Positions 18,868 to 29,392 are shown, numbered from the stretch's first letter. The stretch: 64,000 nucleotides of DNA from Kiritimatiellia bacterium (GCA_050949565.1 JBMNFY010000001.1:1-64000); one strand, 5' to 3'. Numbers and translations: made by a program. Notes: generated from the letters alone by a model not told the origin.

Positions 18868-19614
18868 ATGGTTGGTTCATTTCTGCTGCCGGCGGGTTTG
18901 CCGCTGGCTTCTTTGATTGATGGTTTTCTGATATCGAACTTGATGGGAAAAAGCATCGTTCTGATTCAGCTTGCCAGCTCAATCGTGGCTGCCGCGATCA
19001 TCATCGGCAAGAACAAGGAGTTGAACGGCATTATGCGCAACAACAAGCGTTTCCAGCGTGAGTTTCTGCGCGGCCATGATGTGCTTGATTACTATCTGAT
19101 GCGTAAAAAGGGTGTGACGGTCTCGCTCGAATTGATCTATGACCGCACCTGCGAGCGTATGGTTAAGTTGCTTGATCCTGACATGCGGCGATCGGTCATC
19201 GGACGCCAGAGCGATGCCAGTCAAGCGGCACTTTCGGCTCGCGAGATCGAGCTGGTGCGCAGCACCTGCGAGCACACCGTGCAGGAAGAGGAGATCCGTA
19301 TTGAGCATGGCATGCCTCTGCTGGCGACGATCGTGACCGCCTCGCCGATGCTCGGTCTGCTCGGGACGGTGTGGGGCGTGCTGGATGCCTTCGCCGACAT
19401 GGGCACCAAGGGTACGGTGTTGCTGTCGGAGATTGCCCCTGCGATTTCGTCGGCGCTGGTCACTACCGTCGTGGGGTTGCTGGTGGCGATCCCCAGCGCG
19501 ATCTTTTACAACACGCTCGCTACCAAAGTTCGGCAGCTTTCATCCGACATGGTCGGGTTTGCCGATGAACTATTGGGACGGATCGCCTGTGAGTTTCAAG
19601 GGAGGAGTGACTGA
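18868..19614 (+). CDS. tolQ: MotA/TolQ/ExbB proton channel protein
   Basis: LATIVTASPMLGLLGTVWG, IAPAISSALVTTVVGLLVAIP; RBS AAGGAGG before ATG 18868. Confidence 0.85.
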   Translation: MVGSFLLPAGLPLASLIDGFLISNLMGKSIVLIQLASSIVAAAIIIGKNKELNGIMRNNKRFQREFLRGHDVLDYYLMRKKGVTVSLELIYDRTCERMVKLLDPDMRRSVIGRQSDASQAALSAREIELVRSTCEHTVQEEEIRIEHGMPLLATIVTASPMLGLLGTVWGVLDAFADMGTKGTVLLSEIAPAISSALVTTVVGLLVAIPSAIFYNTLATKVRQLSSDMVGFADELLGRIACEFQGRSD

Positions 19615-20024
19615 TGGGGCTGCGACGTCTGGCTCGCAAGAAGGATTCGAAGGTCATCAACAACATCGATATGACGTCGTTGATCGACTTGACCTTTCTT
19701 TTGCTGATTACCTTTATCATCACGATGCCCGCGATTGAACAGGGCATCTCGGTGAAGTTGCCGCAGGGCAAAACGGACACGCTGCCGACCAAGAAGTCGA
19801 ACGTCGTTACGCTTGATGTTGAAGGGAGGACCTATCTCAACAACCGCGAGATCACGCTGGAGGATTTAGAGCGCACGCTGGGCAACCTCGCGGCGGAAGA
19901 TCCGGAGGTCGCGGTGCTCGTGCGCGGCGATGAGCGCCTGGAATACGGCAAGGTGGTTCGAGTGATGAAGATTCTCTACAAAGTTCGGATCACGCGCATG
20001 GCGCTGGTTACTCAATCGGACTGA
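19614..20024 (+). CDS. tolR: ExbD/TolR family protein
   Basis: IDMTSLIDLTFLLLITFIIT, VRGDE...YGKVV.VM. Confidence 0.85.
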   Translation: MGLRRLARKKDSKVINNIDMTSLIDLTFLLLITFIITMPAIEQGISVKLPQGKTDTLPTKKSNVVTLDVEGRTYLNNREITLEDLERTLGNLAAEDPEVAVLVRGDERLEYGKVVRVMKILYKVRITRMALVTQSD

Positions 20025-20031
20025 AAGGCGC

Positions 20032-20919
20032 ATGAAGACGGGACCGGTTAATTCCTACTCGCTCAAGTGGTCGATGGTGCTGCACGGCTTGCTGTTGGTG
20101 ACAGCGGTTGTGGTGCCATTGATCCCGGGGTGCCGTCCCAAGGAACTCACGATCCCGGTCGATTTCACGGTGGTGCTTGAAGAGAACCTCGTGGAGCCGA
20201 ATGTGCCGGACGACGTGCCGGAACCAGAGCCGACTCCCGATCCGCCCAAGCCCGAGCCTCTGCCAGATCCGCCTAAGCCCGAGCCATTGCCAGATCCGCC
20301 GAAACCCCAACCGCTGCCCGACCCGCCCAAGGATGTGGTGGCCACCGAAAAGAAGCCCGACCCGCCCAAGAAAAAGCCTGATCCGCCCAAAAAGCAACCC
20401 GAGAAGAAACCGACTCCCCCTAAACCCAAACCGCCGCCGAAAAAGCAGGAGTTCCAGAAAGGGAAGCGGGTGGAGGCCGCCAAGCCCAAGCAGCCGCGCT
20501 TTGAAGATTTGTACAAGCCGTACGATCCAAGCAAGCCCACCAGCACCAAGCCGGTGACCGATAAAAAACTGTCACGGGCAGAGATTGAAAAGGCGTTGCG
20601 CGCCGGTGCGCGCCCGGGTACGCGCAACATCATCCCCGAAGATGAAATCGCGCGTTGCGTGCTGTTGGTGCGGCGCGCGCTTTATGACGCTTGGTCGCAA
20701 CCGGGCTCCGCCGATGCCGGCCCGCGCCCGGCTTTGCTGGACATCCGTCTGGACGGCGCGGGTCGGATCGTCAGCTATCGCATCCGGCAATCCTCCGGTA
20801 GCGCTTACTTCGACCAGACCGTGCTCAAGGCGGCCGCCAACGCGCAGCCCATTCGCGGACTCTCTAGTAACTTCCTCAAGCAGTACGAAAATCTGACGGT
20901 CGAATTCAAGCTGGAGTGA
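20032..20919 (+). CDS. TolA/TonB-like energy transducer
   Basis: N-terminal TM with SxxLH, PDPPKPEP-rich linker, C-terminal QSSGS..FDQ.VL.A domain. Confidence 0.8.
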   Translation: MKTGPVNSYSLKWSMVLHGLLLVTAVVVPLIPGCRPKELTIPVDFTVVLEENLVEPNVPDDVPEPEPTPDPPKPEPLPDPPKPEPLPDPPKPQPLPDPPKDVVATEKKPDPPKKKPDPPKKQPEKKPTPPKPKPPPKKQEFQKGKRVEAAKPKQPRFEDLYKPYDPSKPTSTKPVTDKKLSRAEIEKALRAGARPGTRNIIPEDEIARCVLLVRRALYDAWSQPGSADAGPRPALLDIRLDGAGRIVSYRIRQSSGSAYFDQTVLKAAANAQPIRGLSSNFLKQYENLTVEFKLE

Positions 20920-21013
20920 TTCGGCGCCCCAAACCTTGACATGGCGGCTTGGACGTGCTAATTGTGCGGGCAATCAAAGGTCGATGGTCAGTTAGGAGAA
21001 CGAAGGAGGGGAG

Positions 21014-22156
21014 ATGAAACGTCTTGGATGTATGCTGGTCGCGGTTGCTGGCTTTCAAGCCCTGTTTACGGGATGCAAGTGCGGCTTTGAAGCGAAGAGG
21101 GGGATGGAGTGCAAGCCGGATGTGCTCGCGGTGCTGCCTGCATATTGTCCGACCCCTGACGGGATGGCGATTGATGCGAAGGGCAACCTCATTGTGGCCT
21201 GCCCGAACTTTGTCGATCAGTCGCAGCCTGCTTGCCTGATAAAGATCGACAAGAAGACTCTGAAGGTAGAGCGGTGGGTGATGGTGCCGCCGCTTAAAGA
21301 GACGGGCGTGGCGTGTCCTATGGGTATCGCCTTCGGACCGGACGGCGATTTGTATGTCTGCGACAATCAAGGCTGGAAAGGCACGCCGCAGGGACAGTTC
21401 AAGGGGCGCGTGCTTCGCTTGCGGATCCGCGATGGCCGCGCCGCAGTGACGGTTGTCGCGGAGGGGATGGAGCATCCCAACGGTGTGCGCGTGCGCGATG
21501 GGTTCATCTATGTGACGCAGAGTCTGATGTCCAAGGTCAAACACGCGGACGGGTACATGGTGAGCGCGGTGTACCGTTTCAAGTTGGACGATGTCGGCGT
21601 GAAGGTCAACAATACGCTCAGTGATCCAAACATCCTTGCGTCTTTTACTACCGAAAACCGTTTCTGCCCATACGGTGTGGACGGATTGGTTTTCGATAGC
21701 AAGGGGAATCTGTTTGTCGGTAACTTTGGCGATGGGAAACTGCATAAAATCACGTTCGACGCCGCAGGCAATGTCCGCAGTAACACGGTGGTTGCGGAGA
21801 CAGATTTTGATCGTGCGCTTGACCCCAAGAAACCTGGATTTCTTGAGCGTGCCACGCGCGCCAAAATGCGGACGATCGACGGCATCTGTGTTGATGGCGA
21901 AGACAACATTTACGTGGCCGATTTCTCGAACAACGCTATCGCCCGCGTGACGCCTGCGGGCGTGATCAGCGTGCTCTGGCAGAACGGCGATACGGATGGA
22001 CGTGACGGGGGATTGGACCAGCCGGGCGAGCCGATCCTGTGGAACGGCAGACTGGTCGTCTCTAACTTTGACGCAGTCTACGGGCCTGACAATCCCGACA
22101 AGGTCAACACCAAAAACGATCAGCCGGCCACGCTGTCCGTACTGCCCCTGCGTTGA
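21014..22156 (+). CDS. SMP-30/gluconolactonase-like beta-propeller lipoprotein
   Basis: Lipobox-like FTGC; PDGMAIDAKGNL, PMGIAFGPDG, PNGV, DGLVFDSKGNL, DGICVDGEDNIYVAD. Confidence 0.75.
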   Translation: MKRLGCMLVAVAGFQALFTGCKCGFEAKRGMECKPDVLAVLPAYCPTPDGMAIDAKGNLIVACPNFVDQSQPACLIKIDKKTLKVERWVMVPPLKETGVACPMGIAFGPDGDLYVCDNQGWKGTPQGQFKGRVLRLRIRDGRAAVTVVAEGMEHPNGVRVRDGFIYVTQSLMSKVKHADGYMVSAVYRFKLDDVGVKVNNTLSDPNILASFTTENRFCPYGVDGLVFDSKGNLFVGNFGDGKLHKITFDAAGNVRSNTVVAETDFDRALDPKKPGFLERATRAKMRTIDGICVDGEDNIYVADFSNNAIARVTPAGVISVLWQNGDTDGRDGGLDQPGEPILWNGRLVVSNFDAVYGPDNPDKVNTKNDQPATLSVLPLR

Positions 22157-22214
22157 CAATGGGGTGTGGTTAGTGCCTTGTCGGCCGATAAGGGCAATAA
22201 AAACACAAGTTGTC

Positions 22215-22410
22215 TCACCACGAAGGCACGGAGCGCACAGAGGTTTTTTGGGGGCATGGTTCGGCTGTTTATTTAACGCAGAGGCGCAGAGACGCAGAGG
22301 TTTTTGGGGGGAAGATGAAACCGAGGGAATCGAGAGAATCGAGAGAATCGACGGAATCGATGGAATCGAATCACTCGAATCATTCGAATCTTTCGATTCC
22401 CTCGACAACT
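22215..22410. repeat. Mosaic repeat cluster (ACGCAGAG module plus 9-mer GAATCGAGA array with inverted half)
   Basis: TTTAACGCAGAGGCGCAGAGACGCAGAGG at ~22272; GAATCGAGA/GAATCGACG/GAATCGATG followed by TCGAATC/TCGATTCC. Confidence 0.8.
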
Positions 22411-22434
22411 TCTTACCTCCACGCTTCACAGCGC

Positions 22435-25400
22435 CTAGGGCGCAGTGAAGCTGGCTGCCACCTTGAAGAAGCGGCGCGGTGCCGTCGGGTCGCGGGGGAT
22501 CGTGAAAACGACTTGGTTGCCTGTCGCTTGGATGCTGCTGCCGACCTTCGTCCAGTTTGTCTGGGTGAGATCGTCCGTCGCATAGACCGTGTACCAGGCA
22601 CCGATTTCGGCATTGTCGATTTTGATGGAGGCATTCCCGTCGCAAACGACGAATCCCGTGCCGTCCGTGGCGAACGTCGGCGTTGTGGGGTTGTTTAACA
22701 CGTAGTAGTACGTGGTGCCGATCTGCGGGTCGTCGGTGAAACTGCCGCTGGTGTCGGCGAGCATGCCGGCGTTCCAATTCGGCGCTTCCACTGCGTCGTT
22801 CGGGATACTCCACGATATTCCCGGTCCCCCGGTGTTCAGTTTTATGCCTGTGCAGCTTTGGAACATGTAGGCGTAGCAGGAGGCGGCCAGATTCGTGGCC
22901 GGGAGCGATGGCGCGCTGTTGAGCGCTGTGCAGTCCCTGAAGAGGTGCGCGAAACAGTAGGAACCCATCGGCGGATGTTCGCCGTTGGTCGCCTGGGCGT
23001 AGTCGAGCAGGGTCTCGATGTTGCCGGAGCAGGCGACTGAACCGGAGGCGTCAAGCGTCCATCGGTTCAGATAGTCGCCGGCAATGCGGGTGTTGCCCGC
23101 CCCGCAGATGTAGAGCTTGTACTCGCCGTTGCCATTGTCCACCGCAGTCGCGCCGGCAGTGGTGAATTCCACCCAGTTCGTCGTGTCGGTGGAGGTGTAG
23201 AGCATCCCGTTCCACGAGGGCTGCTGCGGCGTGATGGTGAAGGGCTTTTTGCTTGAGAAGGTGATGTAGGGGTTTTCCTCCGGCGGGGACGATGGCGGCG
23301 CGTGGTAGTACACGGTGCCGATTGCCGGGTTGCCGGTGAAGGCGCCGCCCGTGTTGGCGAACATGCTGTTGTTCCAGCCCATTGCGCCCGTCGCTCCGGA
23401 CGGGATGCTCCACGGCGCTCCGGGGCCTGCGGTTTTGAGCTTGATGCCCGTGCAGCCCTGGAACATGGCGCTGTAGCAATTGTCGGCCAGATTTGTCGCT
23501 GCCAGCACCGGCACGCGTGTCAACCCCGTGCAATCCTTAAACATGGCGCTGTAGCAACCGCTGACCAGCGTTGCGGCCGGCAGTTCCGGTGCGCTGCGGA
23601 GTTTTGCGCAGCCCTCGAAGAGGCTGGCGAAGCAGTAGGCAATCATCGGCGGATGCAAGCCGCCGGTCGCTTTCGCATGGTCGAGCAGGGTCTCGATGTT
23701 GCCGGAGCAGCCGACTGTCTGGGAGGCGGCGATCTGCCAGGGTCTGGTGAGTGTGGGGGTGCTGCCGCTCACGCGGGAGTTTCCCACCCCGCAGATATAG
23801 AGCTTGTGATTCCAGAGGCCGATGCGGCCCGAGGTCGCGCCTGCCTCAGTGAATTCCTGCCAAGTCGTCGTGTTGGTGGAGCAGTAGAGCCGCCCGTTCC
23901 ATATCGCCATCTGCGGCGTGATGGTGAAGGAGGCTGCGCTTGAGAAGGCGAGGTAGGCGCCCGACCCCGGCGCCGGCATCCGCACGTAGTAGTAGGTGGT
24001 GCCGCGCGCCGGGTTGCCGGTGCAGGTGCCGCTTGTGCCTTCGAACATGCCGGCGTTCCAGCCCGCCGGATTCGCCGCGCCGGCCGGGATGTTCCACGCC
24101 GTTCCGGGGCTTGTGGTGTACAGCTTGATGCCCGCGCAGTTTTTGAACATGCGCTGGTAGCAGGAGTCGGCCAGCGTCGTCGCCGGCAGTTCCGGCACGC
24201 TCATCAGGCTTGTGCAGCCGTAGAACATGTAGCCGTAGCAGTTGAGCGCCAGCGTGGTGGCGGGCAGCGTCGGCGCATTCATCAGGCTCGTACAGAAGCA
24301 GAACATGCCGTCGTAGCAACTGGGCGCCAGCGTGGTGGCCGGCAGCGCCGGAGCAGTCGTCAGCCCCGTGCCTTCGAACATGCAGAAGTAGCAGTTGTCG
24401 GCCAGGTTCGTGGCGGGGAGCGACGGTGCGGTTGTCAGCGCCGCGCAGTTTTTGAAGAGGAGCGCGAGGCAGTAGGCGTCCATCGGCGGATGTTCGCCGT
24501 AGGCCACTTGGGCATAGTCGAGCAGCGTCTCGATGTTGCCGGAGCAGGCGACCGGCCGGGTGGCGGCAATGCTCCAGGGGGTTGCCGTGCGGCTGCCGGT
24601 GATCTTGCGGTTGCCCGTCCCCCGGAAGTGGAGCCGGAACTCGCCGTCGGCGCCGGCCGCCGGGATTGCGCCTGCGGCGGTGATCTCGTGCCAGTCCGTC
24701 TTGTTGGTGGAGCTGTACAGCTTCGAAGTCCACGATTTGGAGGGCACCGTGACCGTGAAGGCCTCCGCACTCGAGAAGGTGATGTACGTCGGCGGCGGCA
24801 CCACCGCCCGAACGTCCTTGTCGGCGACGTTCGCCAGATAGTCTTCGCCGTCCGCCGTGAAGTTGTAAATGCCGTTCGGCAGCCAAAGGTAGAGCTTGCC
24901 GTTTTCGCCGGCGACGAGGCCGGTGACGCCGTAGGGATCGAGGTCGGTGACGGCGATCGGCGCACCGGGCGTAAGATCCGGCACCGTCACGCACCAGACG
25001 CGCGCCGTGCCGTTGCTGGGCGCGGGGGCGATGCTGTTGTCCGCGAGGCGGATCGAGCCGCCGGTGAAGGTGTTCGCGCCGGAGCCTGTGCCATTGTGTC
25101 CGGGCCCGATGTCCGCGCCGTATTCGCCGCCGTTGGCCGTGACCGTGCCGCCGTGGATGGTCACCGCGCCGCCGTTGCCGCTATCGCCGCCTCCGCCGAT
25201 GCCCGCGCCGCCGTCGAGGCCTTCGGCCGTGACGGTGCCGCCGTTGATGACCACCGTGCCGCCGTTGCCGTAGCTGCCTCCGCCGATGCCCGCGCCGCCG
25301 TCGAGGCCTTCGGCCGTGACGGTGCCGCCGTTGATGACCACCGTGCCGCCGTTGCCGTAGCTGCCTCCGCCGATGCCCGCACACCGGTGGCCGCCCGTCG

Positions 25401-25911
25401 CCGTCAGCGCGCCCGCCGCATCGCCGGGCGCGTTCGTGATGGAGAGCGTCCGCCCCGCCGCGACCTCAAGACCAGCGCGGAGCATGCCTGAGGCGAGCGA
25501 GTTCGCTCCCCTCAGGGAAAGGGAGACGTTGACATTCTCTCCCAGTGCAAAGGCGCACCGGTTACTGCCAGACACCGCGAGCGTCAGGTTTGAGAACGTG
25601 ACCGTACACGTCACATTCGACGAGACGACGACTTGCACCGCGCCCGCCTCGTTGGTACCGGAAAGCGTAAAGGGCCCCGCCCCGGAGAGCGTGAGCGCGG
25701 GCGGGGCATACGACCAGCCCGTGCCGCTGGACGGGACGGCATCGTCGAGGGCGGTGCCGTTGACCGTCACCCCGGCAGGGGCGGCGCCGGCGGTTATCGC
25801 GAACAGACCCGCGCAGGCGAGCGCGAGCATGGACCGTTTAACGCAGAAACGCGCAGAGGTCGGTTTCTGGTTTCTGGTTTCAAGTTTCATCCGCAGGGCG
25901 GTGTTGTTCAT
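22435..25911 (-). CDS. Large surface protein with GIGGG beta-helix repeats and three modules of LPATxLAxxCY leucine-rich repeats
   Basis: Signal peptide; AGIGGG repeats incl. an exact 87-bp tandem duplication (~25191-25379); three YITFSS..ACSGNIETLLD..LPAT..GTTYY modules; C-terminal RRFFKV. Confidence 0.8.
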   Translation of the reverse strand: MNNTALRMKLETRNQKPTSARFCVKRSMLALACAGLFAITAGAAPAGVTVNGTALDDAVPSSGTGWSYAPPALTLSGAGPFTLSGTNEAGAVQVVVSSNVTCTVTFSNLTLAVSGSNRCAFALGENVNVSLSLRGANSLASGMLRAGLEVAAGRTLSITNAPGDAAGALTATGGHRCAGIGGGSYGNGGTVVINGGTVTAEGLDGGAGIGGGSYGNGGTVVINGGTVTAEGLDGGAGIGGGGDSGNGGAVTIHGGTVTANGGEYGADIGPGHNGTGSGANTFTGGSIRLADNSIAPAPSNGTARVWCVTVPDLTPGAPIAVTDLDPYGVTGLVAGENGKLYLWLPNGIYNFTADGEDYLANVADKDVRAVVPPPTYITFSSAEAFTVTVPSKSWTSKLYSSTNKTDWHEITAAGAIPAAGADGEFRLHFRGTGNRKITGSRTATPWSIAATRPVACSGNIETLLDYAQVAYGEHPPMDAYCLALLFKNCAALTTAPSLPATNLADNCYFCMFEGTGLTTAPALPATTLAPSCYDGMFCFCTSLMNAPTLPATTLALNCYGYMFYGCTSLMSVPELPATTLADSCYQRMFKNCAGIKLYTTSPGTAWNIPAGAANPAGWNAGMFEGTSGTCTGNPARGTTYYYVRMPAPGSGAYLAFSSAASFTITPQMAIWNGRLYCSTNTTTWQEFTEAGATSGRIGLWNHKLYICGVGNSRVSGSTPTLTRPWQIAASQTVGCSGNIETLLDHAKATGGLHPPMIAYCFASLFEGCAKLRSAPELPAATLVSGCYSAMFKDCTGLTRVPVLAATNLADNCYSAMFQGCTGIKLKTAGPGAPWSIPSGATGAMGWNNSMFANTGGAFTGNPAIGTVYYHAPPSSPPEENPYITFSSKKPFTITPQQPSWNGMLYTSTDTTNWVEFTTAGATAVDNGNGEYKLYICGAGNTRIAGDYLNRWTLDASGSVACSGNIETLLDYAQATNGEHPPMGSYCFAHLFRDCTALNSAPSLPATNLAASCYAYMFQSCTGIKLNTGGPGISWSIPNDAVEAPNWNAGMLADTSGSFTDDPQIGTTYYYVLNNPTTPTFATDGTGFVVCDGNASIKIDNAEIGAWYTVYATDDLTQTNWTKVGSSIQATGNQVVFTIPRDPTAPRRFFKVAASFTAP

Positions 25912-26012
25912 GGCTGACCTTTTTGCTGGATTGAATGCGGCATAAACATCATCCGAGAACCGTTATGGGGATATGATGAAGGAAGGGGGATGATGCAAGG
26001 GGAAAACACGAT

Positions 26013-26108
26013 GTAATCGGTTAGTGACAGGGGGCGCAATGGAACCCTGAAACGCATGATCTTCGCACACCCCCGTCACTAGCCGATTACCCAACCGATT
26101 ACGATTAC
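26013..26108. repeat. Inverted pair of GTAATCGGTTRGTGAC module
   Basis: GTAATCGGTTAGTGACAGGGGG ... CCCCCGTCACTAGCCGATTAC; related copies at ~3424-3441 and ~18480-18520. Confidence 0.75.
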
Positions 26109-26211
26109 ACTTGCTAAGTACACGCACAAACAATACCATGAAAACGGTTGGGGATGGAGGTGATGGTGGGGTCGGAGGTTATGGGTCGGAGATGGAAAGC
26201 AGGGGGGTGTT

Positions 26212-26679
26212 ATGGGGAAAAAAGGTTGGGAGTCGAGGCGTAGCCGACATGTTTCAACGTTTATCGGCGGGGCGATTGTCGGGTCTCTGGCTTTCGGCAT
26301 TTGGCCGGAGATGTGGAAAAGCTACGGCATTTTAGGCGGCTTTTTCACTGCGGTGGCCGTGATCGGCATCATGTGGTATATGAACCATTGGCTGGGTGTG
26401 ATCGAGAACCGACCGGGAACGCTGTGGATCGATCAAGGACTGCCGATCGCGGGGGCGGGCGTCGCCTGGGGCGTCGTCCGGTTTTATCCGAATTCGCATT
26501 GGGAACAGATTTTCCCAACCCTGATCTGTTGCGTGATCGGCGGATTGCTCGGCGGTTGGGCTGCGCACCACGTCAAAAAGATCGCGCCGGGATGGCGGCA
26601 GTCTGATCAAGATCAGGAGGCAGCATCATGGTCGCTTGGCTCTCTACATACAACGCCGCGCTCGGCATGCCGCCGGTGA
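26212..26679 (+). CDS. Lin0368-family small membrane transporter subunit
   Basis: FIGGAIVG...GILGGF...WYMNHWLG.I.N....WIDQG...PTL.CC.IGG.LGG pattern. Confidence 0.65.
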   Translation: MGKKGWESRRSRHVSTFIGGAIVGSLAFGIWPEMWKSYGILGGFFTAVAVIGIMWYMNHWLGVIENRPGTLWIDQGLPIAGAGVAWGVVRFYPNSHWEQIFPTLICCVIGGLLGGWAAHHVKKIAPGWRQSDQDQEAASWSLGSLHTTPRSACRR

Positions 26680-26777
26680 GTGTGCCGCGCGCGTTGTTCG
26701 CGCTGGCGGGCGGTATCTTCGGCGGCGCGGTCACAGGGCTCGTTGGCTGGACCGGGGCGAATCTGTTCGGTTACTGA
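26628..26777 (+). CDS. Small hydrophobic ORF (49 aa), possible remnant of a second transporter subunit
   Basis: AGGAGG RBS then MVAWLSTYNAALGMPPVSVPRALFALAGGIFGGAVTGLVGWTGANLFGY*; fills the gap before the kinase. Confidence 0.4.
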   Translation: MVAWLSTYNAALGMPPVSVPRALFALAGGIFGGAVTGLVGWTGANLFGY

Positions 26778-26787
26778 GAGGAGCATC

Positions 26788-28323
26788 ATGCGATATATCC
26801 TTGCGCACGATCTTGGGACCAGTGGCAACAAGGCTACGCTCTATTCCGAAGAGGGCGCCATGCTGGCCAGCGCCACGGTTGCGTATGCTATGCACTGTTT
26901 CAACGGGTCATGGGCTGAGCAGGATCCCGAGGAGTGGTGGCAGGCGGTCTGCGACTCCACGCGTGCGCTGCTGGCCAAGGTGTCGATCGATCCCGCTGAC
27001 ATCGCGGTTGTGGCGTTGAGCGGACAGATGATGGGATGCACGCCTGTGGACATCAACGGGCGTGCTTTGCGACCGTCGCTTCTTTATTGCGACCAGCGCG
27101 CCACACGCGAAGCCGAGGCACTGCTCTCACGCATCTCGATGGAAGAGTTCTACGGGATTTGCGGGCATCGCGTGAGCGCATCCTACGCGCTCGAAAAACT
27201 GATGTGGCTGCGCGACAATGAACCCAAGGTCTTCCGCCAGACCCACATGACGCTCTGCGCCAAGGACTATGTCAACTATCGCCTGACCGGCGTTTTTGCA
27301 ACGGATCACTCCGACGCTTCCGGCACCAATGCGTTTGACGTGAATGACTTTTCATGGTCGGAACACGTGCTCGCGCTCGCGGACATCGACGTCTGCATGT
27401 TCCCCAAGGCTGTGAATGCCGCCACGCTCATCGGCGAAATCACCGATGCGGCGGCTCGCGCCACCGGACTCGTCGCCGGAACGCCGGTGGCGGCTGGCGC
27501 TGGCGACGGAAGCGCGGCGGGAGTCGGTGCGGGGAGCGTGCGTCCCGGCTCGGCCTATCTGTGCCTCGGGTCGTCCGCCTGGATCGGGTTGACGGTCGAA
27601 AAGCCGATTGTCGACGCTGGGATGAGCACGATGAACTGGGCACATGCCGTGCCTGGGTATCTGCACCCGACCGGTACGACGCAGACGGCGGGATCCAGCT
27701 TCAAGTGGATGGCAGAGCAGATCTGCGCTGTGGAGGCATTGCTGGGGAAGACATCGGGGAAGTCCGTTTACGCGCAGATCGATGAGGTCGTCGCCGCTGT
27801 GCCGCCGGGCGCCCGCGGTGTGCTCTTTCTGCCCTATCTGCTGGGCGAGCGTACGCCGTGGTGGAATCCCGACGCGCGCGGTGCGTTCATCGGGATGAAT
27901 CTCGCTTCCACGCGGGCCGACATGATGCGCGCGGTGATGGAGGGTGTCGCTATGAGCCTGGGCCTGATCGCCGACATTTTCCGCGCCCATGTGCCGATCG
28001 ACAAACTGACCGCGATCGGCGGGGGCGCGCGCAGTGCCGTGTGGCGTCAGATTCTGGCGGACGCCTGCGGTTGTCCTGTCCAGACGCTTACGTCACGCGC
28101 CGAGGCGACCTCAATGGGGGCGGCGGTGATCGGCGGCGTGGCATGCGGATTGTTTAAGGATTTTGAAGCCGTGAACCGTTTTGTCGTTGCCGATGAGACC
28201 GTGCAGCCGTGCGCGGAACGCGTATCGCTCTACCGTGCCCGTCGCGCCCTGATGGAGCGTGCCTACCACGGCCTCGTCGATGTTTACGCAGAACTGGCTG
28301 AAGCGTGCCGCCGCACGCTCTAA
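26788..28323 (+). CDS. FGGY-family carbohydrate kinase (xylulokinase-like)
   Basis: LAHDLGTSGNKA, SGQM, DQRA, KDY, SDASGT, GAGD, FLPYLLGERTP, GGGARS. Confidence 0.9.
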   Translation: MRYILAHDLGTSGNKATLYSEEGAMLASATVAYAMHCFNGSWAEQDPEEWWQAVCDSTRALLAKVSIDPADIAVVALSGQMMGCTPVDINGRALRPSLLYCDQRATREAEALLSRISMEEFYGICGHRVSASYALEKLMWLRDNEPKVFRQTHMTLCAKDYVNYRLTGVFATDHSDASGTNAFDVNDFSWSEHVLALADIDVCMFPKAVNAATLIGEITDAAARATGLVAGTPVAAGAGDGSAAGVGAGSVRPGSAYLCLGSSAWIGLTVEKPIVDAGMSTMNWAHAVPGYLHPTGTTQTAGSSFKWMAEQICAVEALLGKTSGKSVYAQIDEVVAAVPPGARGVLFLPYLLGERTPWWNPDARGAFIGMNLASTRADMMRAVMEGVAMSLGLIADIFRAHVPIDKLTAIGGGARSAVWRQILADACGCPVQTLTSRAEATSMGAAVIGGVACGLFKDFEAVNRFVVADETVQPCAERVSLYRARRALMERAYHGLVDVYAELAEACRRTL

Positions 28324-28343
28324 TATCTCAAAAGGAGACGCTC

Positions 28344-29375
28344 ATGCGCGCTGTGCTCGTAACAAACCCCGGCGATCTGGTTGTCGCCGACATCGCCAGA
28401 CCCACCCCAGGGCCGTACCAAGCGCTCGTCAAAACCGAGGTCGCGGCGCTTTGCAACTCGACCGACAGTAAATTGATCGACGGACACTTCCCCGGCCTTG
28501 ACCGCTATCCGCTGGTGCTGGGGCACGAGAATGCCGGCATCGTTTGCGAGGTCGGCCCGAAGGTCCGGTCGTTCAAGCCCGGCGACCGTGTCATCGGCGC
28601 GATGGTCTTTAACTTCGAGGAACCTGAACTGGCTTCGGGGTGGGGCGGTTTCTGTGAATACACGCTGGTCCATGATCATGACGCGATGGTGGCGGACGGA
28701 GTGGCGGATGCCGAGCACGGTTGGTTTGAGTCGTTTGAAATCCAACGCCGTGTGGACGCTGACATTCCGCCCGAAGAGGCGGCGTTGCTCTGCACATGGC
28801 GCGAAGTATATGGCGGGATCGGCGACTTCAACCTGACGCCCAAGGACAAGGTTTTGATCTTCGGCGCGGGGCCGGTGGGGCTGAGTTTTGTCCGGTTCTG
28901 CAAGCTGTTGGGGATGCGCTGGGTGGGGCTGGTTGATCCGTTGCAACACAAACGTGAGCGCGCACGGGCGATGGGGGCGGATGCGGTGTTCGCTCCGGAC
29001 GAATTTAAGGCCGAGGCCGCGAAACTGGCCGGTTCGCTCGACGCTGTCATCGATGCCGTGGGGAACGAGGAGATCATCAATGGCGCGCTCCCGTTGATCC
29101 GGTTGGGCGGTACGATCGGCGTTTACGGTGTGCTCGCCGCGCCGGCCTTGACGCTGTGCAAAGCCAGCGGCCCCTACAATTTCAATCTGATCGTGCATCA
29201 GTGGCCGACCCGCTGGCGTGAACGCGAAGCTCAGGAGCCGTTGTGCCGATGGATACGCGAGGGACAACTCAAGGCCTCGCAGTTTGTCACCCATACCTTC
29301 CCGGTGGAACAGATCCGCGAGGCGTTCGAGGCGGTCCGCTCGGGTGAGGTCGTCAAGTGCCTGATCACTTTTTAA
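28344..29375 (+). CDS. Zinc-binding (MDR) sugar/polyol dehydrogenase
   Basis: ALCNSTD, VLGHE, GAGPVG; RBS AAGGAG. Confidence 0.85.
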   Translation: MRAVLVTNPGDLVVADIARPTPGPYQALVKTEVAALCNSTDSKLIDGHFPGLDRYPLVLGHENAGIVCEVGPKVRSFKPGDRVIGAMVFNFEEPELASGWGGFCEYTLVHDHDAMVADGVADAEHGWFESFEIQRRVDADIPPEEAALLCTWREVYGGIGDFNLTPKDKVLIFGAGPVGLSFVRFCKLLGMRWVGLVDPLQHKRERARAMGADAVFAPDEFKAEAAKLAGSLDAVIDAVGNEEIINGALPLIRLGGTIGVYGVLAAPALTLCKASGPYNFNLIVHQWPTRWREREAQEPLCRWIREGQLKASQFVTHTFPVEQIREAFEAVRSGEVVKCLITF

Positions 29376-29392
29376 CGGGACACGAGAGCGAT

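Noticed and set aside
3517-20919. Split tolB-pal and tolQRA clusters as a rearrangement caused by locus A
   Set aside because: Many housekeeping genes intervene and split tol-pal organisation is common; the sequence gives no direct evidence.
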